Sequence record: SRR20825019_3098
DNA: 64,000 bases
Reading direction: 5' to 3' (one strand)
Position numbers and translations under genes: made by a program. The notes under the pieces were generated by a model, which did not search any database, was not told where the DNA came from, and saw nothing but the letters and a program-made list of their open reading frames with translations. Below are positions 26,074-36,708 of this stretch, piece by piece (the stretch's first letter is position 1; every line of letters starts with the position of its first letter).

Positions 26074-26493
26074 ATGTCAGAATCAGTAACACAATTTGAT
26101 TTAGTACTCACGGAGCAATTACGAGGAGAACAAGTATTAAACAATCCATCATGCCATTTTAGCTATAACTGGGATTTTGGAACCAATATGGGCTTGGCAC
26201 ACATTCACTCGATTAATGGGTCACCAGTAAATATTACACTTCATCCACTAGGAATAGCTGGAGCGTTAGATTTTATGTCAGACATCGAGCCTACGAGATA
26301 CACAGTGAATGCAAGCAACGATGACAGTATTGCGCTTGTTGAAGTAGTGATCAACAGAGTTATTCTTGATTTGGATGCAAAAGGGCAAAACCCGCAAGCA
26401 GCAATCATGTTCAACATAGATGGATCTAGCCTTGAGGCTACGAAAGGATTTAGTGGGGCGAGTGCTGAACGATCACTTCCTGCAGTAGATTAA
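26074..26493 (+). CDS. Orphan 139-aa beta-rich protein, no signal peptide
   Basis: Clean ORF with TATATTTG box (26031-26038), AT-rich leader and downstream terminator. Confidence 0.75.
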   Translation: MSESVTQFDLVLTEQLRGEQVLNNPSCHFSYNWDFGTNMGLAHIHSINGSPVNITLHPLGIAGALDFMSDIEPTRYTVNASNDDSIALVEVVINRVILDLDAKGQNPQAAIMFNIDGSSLEATKGFSGASAERSLPAVD

Positions 26494-26511
26494 TTATTCT
26501 AATCATTTAAG

Positions 26512-26552
26512 GAAAATCGCTTTGTTAGTATACTAAGCGATTTTCTTTTTTT
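26512..26552 (+). terminator. Rho-independent terminator (possibly bidirectional)
   Basis: gaaaatcgctt...aagcgattttc followed by T7. Confidence 0.8.
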
Positions 26553-26571
26553 CTATTTTTTGAAGACTTTT

Positions 26572-27975
26572 TTACAAGCACTTCAATCCATTTAGCCAAT
26601 CTGTAATTGCTTTTAAAGCAATAGGAGAAAATGTTTCCTCAAGATCATCATATTCTGTTACCATGCACTTTTCGCATGTTTGAAATAGGTGATTCACTCC
26701 TTCTACGATTTCTATTTTTGATTTCCGTTTAGATTTTTTGGAAAGAAGTTTTTTAAACGCTTCCTGATTAGAATGTGGTGGAACTTGAATGTCTTCACTT
26801 CCATTAAGTGCAAGTATGGGAACCGTAATTTTTGGGAGATAATCACTCGCTTGAAAGCGCACAAACTCTCGACCCCATTCAGAATTTATGAAACTTGCGT
26901 TGCCCATAGTAAATGAGAACTTATTGGTCTCCTGCTTATATTTTTCGGGTGCTTGATCGTATTTTGCACCAAGAAAATCTGTTAATGCCTTGCCTGCCTC
27001 CTTATACTCAAGGGAATCAATAATATCGCACATTCCGATAAAAACAGATTTATTCCACTTGCACGTTTCCTCTGGTTCGCCTTCTTTTTTGGGGATGAGG
27101 TATTGTTGTTCAATAAGCACCTCTCTGCCACTTGTGCCGATAGAAGCTAGCTCAATAACAAAGTCAACATGTTGATTTCTACTAGCAGCGATCAACGCAT
27201 GCACTCCGCCTTCCGAGTGTCCAGCAATTCCAATGGGGTTTTTTGGGAAGTTTTTCGAAAGATCATTCACCCATGACTCTGCGTCACTTGCAAAGTCGTC
27301 TAAGGTTGCTTTATTGTACGCACCTGTACTTTCTCCTACACCTCGGTCGTCGAAACGTAAACAACCAATTCCTTGTCTTGCTAAATAGTCCGCGATCACT
27401 AAAAAGGGCTTGTGTCCCATTAACTCGCTATTTCTATTCTGCGGCCCTGATCCAGAGGCTAAAACAACAATTGGAGTTCGTTTGTTGAATTTTAAGGGCA
27501 TCGTTAATTCTCCGTGCAGTTCAATATCGCCATTGGTTACAAAGAGTGATTCTCTTGAATATGGAAGGTTTTCAGCCGTTAAATCCGGTTCTTGCGGACG
27601 GTTTATTTTGATTTTTTCGGTGACCTCACGGTGAAATACAACTTCCCATTTCACATCGCGTTGAGTCATTTTTCCGTTAATGGTGTTGCTCTTTTGCGAA
27701 TAAGATCCTTCGTAGGACAAATCGATATCTGACCAACGAAATAACAGCGAGGAATCAGTAACGGTTGAAGAACTCATTTTCTGACGGGTAAATTTCCCTT
27801 CCGGATCGGTCAAAAAAACTATTGTTTCTGAATTGCTAACTTCTACGTCCATCTCCACCGAAATACTGCTCCCCATAATGGCAAATGAAGCGTACCATTT
27901 GCCTTCGAGTTGCGCATAACTCGAGAGCGAACCAAAGAGGAAAGTGAGAAAAAGAATGCGTTTAATTAATAACAT
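26572..27975 (-). CDS. Secreted alpha/beta hydrolase
   Basis: Signal peptide, SGSGPQNR, DDRGVGES, GHSEGG nucleophile elbow, GSEDIQV, NHLFQ. Confidence 0.9.
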   Translation of the reverse strand: MLLIKRILFLTFLFGSLSSYAQLEGKWYASFAIMGSSISVEMDVEVSNSETIVFLTDPEGKFTRQKMSSSTVTDSSLLFRWSDIDLSYEGSYSQKSNTINGKMTQRDVKWEVVFHREVTEKIKINRPQEPDLTAENLPYSRESLFVTNGDIELHGELTMPLKFNKRTPIVVLASGSGPQNRNSELMGHKPFLVIADYLARQGIGCLRFDDRGVGESTGAYNKATLDDFASDAESWVNDLSKNFPKNPIGIAGHSEGGVHALIAASRNQHVDFVIELASIGTSGREVLIEQQYLIPKKEGEPEETCKWNKSVFIGMCDIIDSLEYKEAGKALTDFLGAKYDQAPEKYKQETNKFSFTMGNASFINSEWGREFVRFQASDYLPKITVPILALNGSEDIQVPPHSNQEAFKKLLSKKSKRKSKIEIVEGVNHLFQTCEKCMVTEYDDLEETFSPIALKAITDWLNGLKCL

Positions 27976-28015
27976 AGAGTTCTTTTTTGATAAAAAGGAA
28001 ATGAGAATGTTCTTC

Positions 28016-29128
28016 TTACGAGAGCAATTGATCAAAAATACGGCAATTCTCGGTGGTATTGAAATGCGAAGAAACCCATTCTTGACGCTGCTGAAATTCG
28101 GAAGGTGGAAGTTGAATTTGCATGAGTCGTTCTAATTCCATCAACCATTGTTCTACCGATTCTGCTTTCACACATAAATCATCGGCAAAACTTCCTTCGA
28201 TCATTAATTGATTGGCCAAAATATGTCCCGAAGTAAGCAATGAATGCATCAACTTTAACTTTACACCAGTTCCTTGATCGGTGCGCATAAGGTGAACCTG
28301 TGCTGATTCGAGAATTTCAGACAATTCCTCTTGTGAAGGGTTGACATAAAGTGTCACATTAGAAGACAATAGAAGCTTTTTGAGTTCTTCTGAAGGATTT
28401 TTCCCCGCAACGACAATGCGTGATGACGTGTTAGGAACCAGGTGATTTAAAAGCCAATTGACGGCACGTTCATTTTCAGGAACCGACAAATTTCCGTGAA
28501 AAAGAGCGAATGGTTCCGTTGTTTTTTGAGTCGAAAATTCAACGGGTCCAATGCACGGAGGTAACAGATAACAGGATGATTGATACTGAGAAAAGTAATC
28601 TCTGTCCGACGGTTTTATTGCTAAAATGTGAGTTGACTTACTAAGTGCGACTTCATATTTCTTAAGTTTTTTGGCTTCGCTTAAGTAAAATCGCTTCTTC
28701 CAACCCAACGTGTCCTGCGCGAGTCGTTCATAGTAATGGTGTTCAATATTATGTGTACGAACAATTTTAATTCGGTCTTTCAACTCAGGATGATCGAGAA
28801 AAAATGTAGTATGTAATCCTTCGAAAAGAATCGGCGAGTCGTCTAGTAAAAGTCGAGCAAGAAGTTGTTGAGATTTCCGCGTTTGAACAATAAAAGGTAG
28901 TGGATTAATCCAATCAAACAACGTTTTTTTACGTTTGTAGTAGAACACATTTTTGGTCAAATTTTCCAATTCCTTCGGGTTTCCTCGACCATATTCATAG
29001 CAGTGAAGATTGATTTCATAACCCAATTCAGCCAAAGCACGAATGCGATGATAAATATCCACAGCTCCGCCATAATCCGCTGGGAAAGGAACATCTAGGG
29101 AGATAATATGAATGGATTTAGGAGACAT
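28016..29128 (-). CDS. GT-B glycosyltransferase (GT4-like)
   Basis: DVPFPADYGG, FEGLH, HNIEH.YY, TGVKLKL. Confidence 0.85.
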   Translation of the reverse strand: MSPKSIHIISLDVPFPADYGGAVDIYHRIRALAELGYEINLHCYEYGRGNPKELENLTKNVFYYKRKKTLFDWINPLPFIVQTRKSQQLLARLLLDDSPILFEGLHTTFFLDHPELKDRIKIVRTHNIEHHYYERLAQDTLGWKKRFYLSEAKKLKKYEVALSKSTHILAIKPSDRDYFSQYQSSCYLLPPCIGPVEFSTQKTTEPFALFHGNLSVPENERAVNWLLNHLVPNTSSRIVVAGKNPSEELKKLLLSSNVTLYVNPSQEELSEILESAQVHLMRTDQGTGVKLKLMHSLLTSGHILANQLMIEGSFADDLCVKAESVEQWLMELERLMQIQLPPSEFQQRQEWVSSHFNTTENCRIFDQLLS

Positions 29129-30236
29129 TTGGATAAATTTCAGCGAGAACCTCAGTTTCTTTTTCCCAGTTTTCAATTTTAGACGAAGAAAGACAATTTT
29201 CTTTATATCGAGCGAGTCTTTCCGAATCGTTCAAAAGCGAGTTAATTTCTGCAGCTAAATTTTCCACGGTGAGTGGTTCCACGATAGTTCCGATGTCGAA
29301 GCGCCTCACCACAGCTGCCACTTCTTTTATTTCCGTTGAAATCACAGCCGTTTGTGTATGCATATAATCGAACACCTTGTTGGGAAGCGAAAATGCATAA
29401 TTCAAGCTCGTTGGTTTGTCTAGAGTGAGTCCAAGATCAGCATGAAAAGTATAGTTCATCATTTCCAAGTAGGGTTTTTTTCCTACAAACCAGACCTTAT
29501 CCGAAAGCTGATTTTCTTCGACATACTTTTTCAAGAAGGGAACCACGTCTCCGTCGCCAACAATGAGCAAAAGCGCATCTATTATCCGCATAGCTTCTAC
29601 TGCTTCTTCTGCTCCACGATCGATGTTTATTCCAGCGCCTTGAAGAACAATTAGCGATTTGTTTTCGGGTAATTCAAGTTCTTTTTTTGTGCGAATATTA
29701 TTCGGTTTCCAAAGTGGAGAAATGTTTCGCACGACCTTAATTTCCTTACCATATTTCTCGCGATAAATCTCAGCAATTGAATTATTTACGGTGTAAACAG
29801 ACTGCAATTTTGGGAAAATCCACTCTTCGATCCGCAGCCAAACCTTTCTTACTTTTGGGCGATTGAGTAGTTCTGGAACCTCCGTAAAATATTCGTGAGA
29901 ATCATAAACCAAGCGACACTTTCGCTTGAATTTTGAAGCAAGATAATTCGCCAGAAGCGTGTCCAAATCGTTTGAAACAAGTACGTCCGCTTTTCGAAAG
30001 ATTAAAGTGAAGAATAATCGAAGATTGTAAACCGCATAAAATTTCGCTCCAGTTTCGAAGAGCAATTTCATTCGCTTTGTGCGATAGACGCGCTCAGGCA
30101 TCGGTAGACTGTTTTTTCGCTTTCTTCCAACTAAAAGAACGTCGTACCCTTGGGCCACCAAAAATGTGCAAACTTTATGCACCCGTTGATCCGTGTACAA
30201 GTCATTCGTAACCGAAACGATCGCCTTTTTTGCCAT
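29118..30236 (-). CDS. Glycosyltransferase family 4
   Basis: NDL.TDQRV, YDSHEYF, RGAEE, SLPNKVFDY. Confidence 0.9.
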   Translation of the reverse strand: MAKKAIVSVTNDLYTDQRVHKVCTFLVAQGYDVLLVGRKRKNSLPMPERVYRTKRMKLLFETGAKFYAVYNLRLFFTLIFRKADVLVSNDLDTLLANYLASKFKRKCRLVYDSHEYFTEVPELLNRPKVRKVWLRIEEWIFPKLQSVYTVNNSIAEIYREKYGKEIKVVRNISPLWKPNNIRTKKELELPENKSLIVLQGAGINIDRGAEEAVEAMRIIDALLLIVGDGDVVPFLKKYVEENQLSDKVWFVGKKPYLEMMNYTFHADLGLTLDKPTSLNYAFSLPNKVFDYMHTQTAVISTEIKEVAAVVRRFDIGTIVEPLTVENLAAEINSLLNDSERLARYKENCLSSSKIENWEKETEVLAEIYPNVS

Positions 30237-30279
30237 TATTCAAAAGTAGGATAAATGATTGGGTTTAGAAAGCCTTAAC

Positions 30280-30306
30280 TGTGGGCTGAGGTTCTCGAAG
30301 CCCACA
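30280..30306. repeat. REP-like extragenic palindrome
   Basis: tgtgggct-gaggttctcga-agcccaca directly downstream of mfd. Confidence 0.5.
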
Positions 30307-30316
30307 AAAGAAAGTG

Positions 30317-33300
30317 TTACTCAAAAATAGCTTCCAAGACTTTTTGAGCATCATCTAATGACTCAATATCCGAATAAATAATCCTTAATCGATCATTTTT
30401 TTCGCTCATTTTCACCTCAGAAGAGTGCTTTTGCAAGTAGCTCAAAATCTTCGTAAAAACAGGTGATTCGTAAAACTTCGACTGAGGATTTGCAATGAAG
30501 TAACCGATCATTTTTCCACCTTTCAGCACTAATTTTTCGAGACCTAGTTCTTGGGCTAACCATCGGAGCTCAAAAGAAGCAATCAATGAATGGACTTGTT
30601 CCGGAACCGGACCAAAACGATCGGCCAATTCTTTTACAAATTGATCTAGCTCTGCTTTGTTCTTAAGATTATCCATGTCCTGATACAAACTCAAGCGTTC
30701 AGAAACATTATTCACATAGGTATCAGGAATCCGAACTTCCAAATCCGTTTCAAGAATACAATCTTTCACGAAGGAAGTCAACTGATCCGTATTTCGTTCT
30801 TCAAAAAGTTCTTTAAATTCTGATTCACGAAGCTCATCAATCGCCTCGTTGAGGATTTTTTGATACATCTCAAAACCGATGTCAGAAATGAATCCGCTTT
30901 GTTCACCTCCAAGCAAATTTCCTGCGCCACGAATGTCGAGGTCCTTCATAGCGATATTGAACCCTGAGCCGAGATCTGAGAATTGAACCAATGCTTCCAA
31001 TCGCTTTCTGGCTTCGGAAGTCATCATAAGTGGAGAAGGAGCAATTAAATAGCAAAAACCTTTGGCATTTGATCTTCCCACACGACCACGTAATTGATGT
31101 AAATCACTGATTCCGAAGTTTTGTGCGTTATTGATGAGAATCGTATTGGCATTTGAAATATCAATTCCAGATTCTACAATCGTTGTAGCGATAAGTACAT
31201 CAAATTCGTGATTGATGAAGCCCATCATGATTTTTTCAAGCTGCTTTCCTTCCATCTGTCCATGACCGATTCCTACACGAATCCCAGGGCAAAGACGTTG
31301 GATCAATCCAGCAATATCCTTAATGTTTTCTAGGCGATTATGAACGAAAAACACTTGTCCCCCGCGACTTGCTTCGTACGCAATTGCATCACGAATAAGT
31401 TCTTCATCGAACTGGATGATTTCCGTTAGTACGGGTCTCCGGTTCGGTGGCGGTGTGTTGATGATACTTAAATCACGCGCTCCCATTAGCGAAAACTGCA
31501 AGGTTCTCGGAATCGGTGTTGCGGTTAAGGTCAATGTGTCCACCGTAGCGCGCAGGGTTTTTAACTTATCTTTTACGGATACGCCAAATTTCTGCTCCTC
31601 ATCGATAATGATAAGTCCAAGTTGTTTGAATTTCACACGTGCACTCGCAATCGCATGTGTTCCAATCAGAATATCGATTTCGCCATCCGCTAATTTTCTA
31701 AGCGTTTCGGTCGTGTCTTTAGCAGATTTAAATCGATTGATATAATCTACATTACACGGAAATCCTTTTAAACGTTCTTTGAAGCTGCGGTAATGTTGCA
31801 TCGAAAGAATGGTCGTTGGAACGAGTATGGCGACTTGTTTGCTATCGGCAACAGCTTTAAATGCTGCACGCACGGCAATCTCAGTTTTACCAAAGCCAAC
31901 GTCTCCACAAATCAATCGATCCATCGGAGTGCTAGATTCCATATCCTCTTTCACCGCGATGGTTGCTTTTAGCTGATCGGGAGTGTCTTCGTACATAAAA
32001 GAAACTTCCAGCTCATTCTGAAGGTAGGAATCTGGAGAAAAAGCAAATCCAGGTTGACTTTTTCGTTGAGCGTATAATTTTATCAAATCGAAGGCGAGTT
32101 CTTTAATTCGCTTCTTCGTTTTATTCTTAAGGTTCGACCAAGCGGCGGAACCGAGTTTGTTTATTTTAGGAGCGGCTCCATCCTTTCCTGTAAATTTGGA
32201 AATGCGATGTAAAGAGTGAATTCCGACATAAAGTACGTCATTGTCACGGTAAATTAATCGAATCGCTTCTTGTTGTTTACCATTTACATCGATGGTTTCA
32301 AGTCCTGAGAACTTCCCAACACCGTGATCGATGTGCGTTACATAGTCGCCGCTTTGTAGGTTGTAAAGTTCTTTTAATGTAAGCGCTTGTTTTGCCTGAC
32401 GGAAGCCTTCTTTAAGCCTGAATCGATGGTAACGCTCAAAAAGTTGATGATCGGTATAACAAACCAACTTTAGATCAGGAGCGATAAATCCTTCGGAAAA
32501 TGAAAAGTGCATTGGTTCAAAATGAACGTCTTCATTTACATCGTGGAAGATTTGCTCTAAACGATCAATTTGTTTTGGTTGATTTGAGAAAATAAGGTTT
32601 GTAAATCCATTTGATGAATGTGCGACCAAATCCTCAGAAAGTAAATCAAAGTTTTTATTGAAACTCGGTTGCGGTTTAAAATTAAAATGAATTTTTTTAC
32701 CCGCTTTGAAGTGAAAATCGACTCCAAATTCAACCGTTGTCATTTGATTCAAAGAGGCCGAAAGATCCGTTGGATGTAAAAACAAATCTGATGGTAAAGT
32801 GGGCTTGATCTCTGACGATAAAGCATCATAAATTTTGACTGCTTTCTTGTATTCCGCATCTAAATCAGCAACAGATTTTTCGAGTGAATCGATCCAAATG
32901 GTGGCCGATTCACCAGCTAATTGAAGAAAAGAAGCGTTCTCAGCCAACATCATCGAGCCTTGAACATTCGGTACGATATTGAAGAACTGATGTTTATTTA
33001 TCGAGAGTTGAGTGCTTGCGTCAAACGTTCGAATACTTTCTACATCATCGCCAAAAAATTCTATTCGATAGGGTTCATCATTCGAAAAAGAGAACACATC
33101 CACAATTCCTCCGCGGATGGAAAATTGACCAGGCTCATAAACGAAATCTACCCGATCAAAATTCAAGTCTAACAATGTTTCATTAATGAAATCGATGGAG
33201 TAATTCTTACCAACTTCAAGTTTTAAGGTGTACTTGTGAAGGTTTTTTTGTGAAGGAATTCGCTCAAAGAGTGCTTTCGGATATGTAACGATCCAAACGT

Positions 33301-33655
33301 TTTTTCCATTAGAAATTTTCTCCAGAACTTCTGCTCGCGCTACAACATTTGCATTGTCTGTTTTCTCAATTTCGTAAGGAACACGATAAGAAGCAGGATA
33401 AAAAAGTATATGCTGCTGCTCGGCAGTGTATAAACCTTGTAGGTCGTTTAGAAAATAAGCAGCTTGCTCTTTGTCGTGAAGAATAAAAATATGATTTCCG
33501 GGAGCTTGTTGTGCAACAACAGACGCACAAGCAGCTTTGGAAGAGCCAACGAGTCCTGTCCAATGAATTTTACTCCCAATTATTTGAAGCTCATTTGCAG
33601 TTTCATCAATCTCACCAATGCGAGAAAAAGCTTTTTTGAAATCGTCTAACTGCAT
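30317..33655 (-). CDS. mfd: Transcription-repair coupling factor
   Basis: UvrB-homology region, HIDHGVG (RID), GDVGFGKTE, DEEQKFG, QLRGRVGR, TRCF C-terminus. Confidence 0.97.
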   Translation of the reverse strand: MQLDDFKKAFSRIGEIDETANELQIIGSKIHWTGLVGSSKAACASVVAQQAPGNHIFILHDKEQAAYFLNDLQGLYTAEQQHILFYPASYRVPYEIEKTDNANVVARAEVLEKISNGKNVWIVTYPKALFERIPSQKNLHKYTLKLEVGKNYSIDFINETLLDLNFDRVDFVYEPGQFSIRGGIVDVFSFSNDEPYRIEFFGDDVESIRTFDASTQLSINKHQFFNIVPNVQGSMMLAENASFLQLAGESATIWIDSLEKSVADLDAEYKKAVKIYDALSSEIKPTLPSDLFLHPTDLSASLNQMTTVEFGVDFHFKAGKKIHFNFKPQPSFNKNFDLLSEDLVAHSSNGFTNLIFSNQPKQIDRLEQIFHDVNEDVHFEPMHFSFSEGFIAPDLKLVCYTDHQLFERYHRFRLKEGFRQAKQALTLKELYNLQSGDYVTHIDHGVGKFSGLETIDVNGKQQEAIRLIYRDNDVLYVGIHSLHRISKFTGKDGAAPKINKLGSAAWSNLKNKTKKRIKELAFDLIKLYAQRKSQPGFAFSPDSYLQNELEVSFMYEDTPDQLKATIAVKEDMESSTPMDRLICGDVGFGKTEIAVRAAFKAVADSKQVAILVPTTILSMQHYRSFKERLKGFPCNVDYINRFKSAKDTTETLRKLADGEIDILIGTHAIASARVKFKQLGLIIIDEEQKFGVSVKDKLKTLRATVDTLTLTATPIPRTLQFSLMGARDLSIINTPPPNRRPVLTEIIQFDEELIRDAIAYEASRGGQVFFVHNRLENIKDIAGLIQRLCPGIRVGIGHGQMEGKQLEKIMMGFINHEFDVLIATTIVESGIDISNANTILINNAQNFGISDLHQLRGRVGRSNAKGFCYLIAPSPLMMTSEARKRLEALVQFSDLGSGFNIAMKDLDIRGAGNLLGGEQSGFISDIGFEMYQKILNEAIDELRESEFKELFEERNTDQLTSFVKDCILETDLEVRIPDTYVNNVSERLSLYQDMDNLKNKAELDQFVKELADRFGPVPEQVHSLIASFELRWLAQELGLEKLVLKGGKMIGYFIANPQSKFYESPVFTKILSYLQKHSSEVKMSEKNDRLRIIYSDIESLDDAQKVLEAIFE

Positions 33656-33663
33656 GAATAAGT

Positions 33664-34668
33664 TTACTGTAAATGAGACATCGCCTCTTCAACCATTTTA
33701 CGAGATCCTATAAATAAAGGAATTCGTTGGTGTAAGCGAGTCGGTTGAATGGATAATACACGTTCTTTACCAGTTGTTGCTAATCCTCCCGCTTGCTCAG
33801 CAATGAATGCTAAAGGATTCCCTTCGTACAGCAAGCGCAATTTACCTTCAGGATCAACAGTGGTTGCTGGGTAAATATAAATTCCTCCTTTGATCAAGTT
33901 TCTGTGGAAATCTGCGACTAGCGAACCGATGTATCTTCCAGAATAAGGACGACTAGCTCCAGGCAAAATTTCTTGGCAATTTGTTTGAATGTATTCTTTG
34001 ATTCCTGGATGACAAATATTGATGTTTCCTTCGTTCATGGCATACATTCGTCCAGTTTCTGGCATTTTCATGTTTGGATGAGAAAGACAAAACTCGCCGA
34101 TAAAAGGATCTAAGGTAAATCCATTTACTCCTTTTCCAGTAGAGAAAACGAGCATCGTTGATGATCCATATAAAACGTATCCAGCACCAACTTGTTCATG
34201 TCCAGCTTGAAGCATGTCCTCCAATGTAGCTTCTGTGCCTATTTCGCTTTTTCGACGATAGATAGAAAAAATAGTTCCGATTGAAACGTTTACATCTATA
34301 TTGGATGATCCGTCTAACGGGTCGAATAGAACAACGTATTTTCCTTTGCGCGAAAATTCTGATTCGAAGGACATAAAATCGTCGTTTTCTTCAGAGGCAA
34401 TTCCGCACACTTCACCACCAGCTTTGAACATATTAATGAACTGACGGTCGGCGATAACATCAAGTTTTTGTTGTTCTTCTCCTTGCACGTTCGTATTACC
34501 TTCAGAACCCAAAAAGTTTTCAAGCAATCCTGCGCGACGCACATCTTTACTCACCACTTTGGATGCTACAGCGATATCATTCAGTAATCGAGAAAGCTCT
34601 CCCGAAGCATAGGGAAAATCTGCTTGGCGATCCATAATAAACTCGTGAAGGGTAATTAATTTAGACAT
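33664..34668 (-). CDS. fbp: Fructose-1,6-bisphosphatase class 1
   Basis: [37 protein letters not shown]. Confidence 0.97.
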   Translation of the reverse strand: MSKLITLHEFIMDRQADFPYASGELSRLLNDIAVASKVVSKDVRRAGLLENFLGSEGNTNVQGEEQQKLDVIADRQFINMFKAGGEVCGIASEENDDFMSFESEFSRKGKYVVLFDPLDGSSNIDVNVSIGTIFSIYRRKSEIGTEATLEDMLQAGHEQVGAGYVLYGSSTMLVFSTGKGVNGFTLDPFIGEFCLSHPNMKMPETGRMYAMNEGNINICHPGIKEYIQTNCQEILPGASRPYSGRYIGSLVADFHRNLIKGGIYIYPATTVDPEGKLRLLYEGNPLAFIAEQAGGLATTGKERVLSIQPTRLHQRIPLFIGSRKMVEEAMSHLQ

Positions 34669-34750
34669 GTCGAAGATATTTGCTGCAAATATCGCTAAAA
34701 TGAATTAGTTGATCGCCCCAACAGGTGAACGAAATCCAATTTTAGGCAAT

Positions 34751-34784
34751 AAAAAAGCCGATCTCACAATGTAAGATCGGCTTT
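34751..34784 (-). terminator. Rho-independent terminator of the 34803-36635 gene
   Basis: aaaaaagccgatct...agatcggctttc. Confidence 0.8.
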
Positions 34785-34802
34785 CTTTAAAAGAATGTAT
34801 TC

Positions 34803-36635
34803 TTATTTCTTAACGAATTTCTTCGTCATTTTCGCTTCGTTTGTAACGATAGTTACATAGTAAACTCCAGATTCAAATGACGCAGATGCCAAAGAAACTT
34901 GGTGACCTCCGTTCGTTTGAACACCTTCGTTCAATGTAGAAATAACTTTACCAGTTACATCCATTACTTCGATAGTTACGTCAGACGCATTACCAAGTGA
35001 ATAGTTAATTGTAACGTTGTCTTGAGTTGGGTTTGGATAGATGTTCAATCCGTTGATCGCTTGGTTCTCAGTAATAGATACATAAGGATCAGTGTGTAAA
35101 CCAACCATAACCGCTCTTGGACCAGTTAAAGAGAATAATGAGTTAGATCCGTCAAATCCTAAAACGATTCCTTGTTGAACAGGCTGAGCTGTAGCAAAAC
35201 GAACGTTGTTGTTAGGTGAAGTAGCGTTACCATTGTGACAAGCAACAACTAATAAATCATCTCCAGCGAAAACATCAAGAACTGATAATAAAGGAACTTT
35301 AATTCTTGTACCGTTGTTTCCAGCAGTAATTGGAGTAAAGTCAGTTGCTTCTTGGAAGATATAATCTGTTCCATCGAAACGGTAAATTTCAGCAAAGAAA
35401 TCTTGACCTACGTTAGTAGCAGTTGTTGCCAAACGAACGTATACATCAGTAATGTGATCGTCAGCCATAATTTCCATTACGTTACCGATTTTCAAAGACT
35501 GACCAGCTTGTCCACCCAATGCACCAATAGAAGAAACTACAACATCGTTATGAACGCTGTATTCGTTTAATGTGATGTCAAAAGCATCAACAAGTGAGTT
35601 GTCTACTGGGAAACCGTCAACTTCAGTCATAACGAAGTTATACCCAAGGTTGTACGTTAAAGCAGCAGCAGCAGATGGCAAGAAAGTAGTTGAAGTAACC
35701 AAAGAATCCATAGATCCTGGAGCCAAAGTTCCAGTTGGAGATGCAAAAGTACCACCACCGTTGTCAGCAGTTACAACTAATCCAACACCAGTTGAGCTAT
35801 TAGCACCATCACTTCTTACTTCACCAGAGAAAGTAATGTCAGTTTGTTGCCATACAGGAACATTGTAGTAAGGAATCTCAAGAGCTCCACTTACCATAAT
35901 GCTTGACAATGCGTGAAGATCATTCAATTGGCTTTCAGTGATAACAACGTCATCAACTTGCCAGAAGTAATGGCTTGTTCCTCCACCACCTTCCCAATTG
36001 AATCGGAATTGGAAGTTACTCAAGTTTCCTGCATTTGCAGCTAAAAATGAATCTAGGTTAATTTTAACCAAACGAGTTCCAGAAGCAACGTTTGCACCAC
36101 TACCGAAAAAGTTAGCTTGGATTGGTGTAACATTTGTAAATCCATCTACAGTTAACTCAACTATTGGGTTAAATGCATTTTCACAACATGTTCTGTAAGA
36201 ATGTTGGAATGCAAGAACTGCATTTGAAATTCCTGACATGTCAACAGTTGGAGAAGCGATTGCTCCAGACCAGTTAGTGTAAGGAGTCGCAGGGTTTGCA
36301 CCGTCAGCATCAAACATCAAGAAACCGTTTGCAGCAGTTGTTGATGTAATAACTTGAGCAGGTGTAGAGAATGTTCCATTTGGACCATCTAAATCAAGTG
36401 TCCAAATAGCACCATCCGTACCCATTGCTGTCCAAGAAGCTAAACTTCCAGCAGGAAATGTTTCGCTAAAAATGATGTCTCCAGCAGCTTTTGAAAAGTT
36501 GTGGTAAGATACTGGACTGTAATCAGAAGAAGTTGGAACTTCTTCCGCATCCATTTGATTCATTGTTCGAGTTGTAACTTGAGCATTAGCGCCGAAAGCA
36601 GCTAGTCCCATTGCAACCAAGTAAATTTTTTTCAT
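34803..36635 (-). CDS. T9SS type-A secreted protein with a MAM/cleaved-adhesin-like jelly-roll domain
   Basis: Signal peptide, SPTVD....LAF, FQFRF.W..YFWQVDDV, YPNP...GVYYV CTD; TATATTTG box upstream. Confidence 0.85.
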   Translation of the reverse strand: MKKIYLVAMGLAAFGANAQVTTRTMNQMDAEEVPTSSDYSPVSYHNFSKAAGDIIFSETFPAGSLASWTAMGTDGAIWTLDLDGPNGTFSTPAQVITSTTAANGFLMFDADGANPATPYTNWSGAIASPTVDMSGISNAVLAFQHSYRTCCENAFNPIVELTVDGFTNVTPIQANFFGSGANVASGTRLVKINLDSFLAANAGNLSNFQFRFNWEGGGGTSHYFWQVDDVVITESQLNDLHALSSIMVSGALEIPYYNVPVWQQTDITFSGEVRSDGANSSTGVGLVVTADNGGGTFASPTGTLAPGSMDSLVTSTTFLPSAAAALTYNLGYNFVMTEVDGFPVDNSLVDAFDITLNEYSVHNDVVVSSIGALGGQAGQSLKIGNVMEIMADDHITDVYVRLATTATNVGQDFFAEIYRFDGTDYIFQEATDFTPITAGNNGTRIKVPLLSVLDVFAGDDLLVVACHNGNATSPNNNVRFATAQPVQQGIVLGFDGSNSLFSLTGPRAVMVGLHTDPYVSITENQAINGLNIYPNPTQDNVTINYSLGNASDVTIEVMDVTGKVISTLNEGVQTNGGHQVSLASASFESGVYYVTIVTNEAKMTKKFVKK

Positions 36636-36708
36636 AATACATGTTTAATTTCAACCTCAAATATAAAGTATTTGTTCAAATATCTTTTTACCGTTAACTC
36701 ATTGATAG

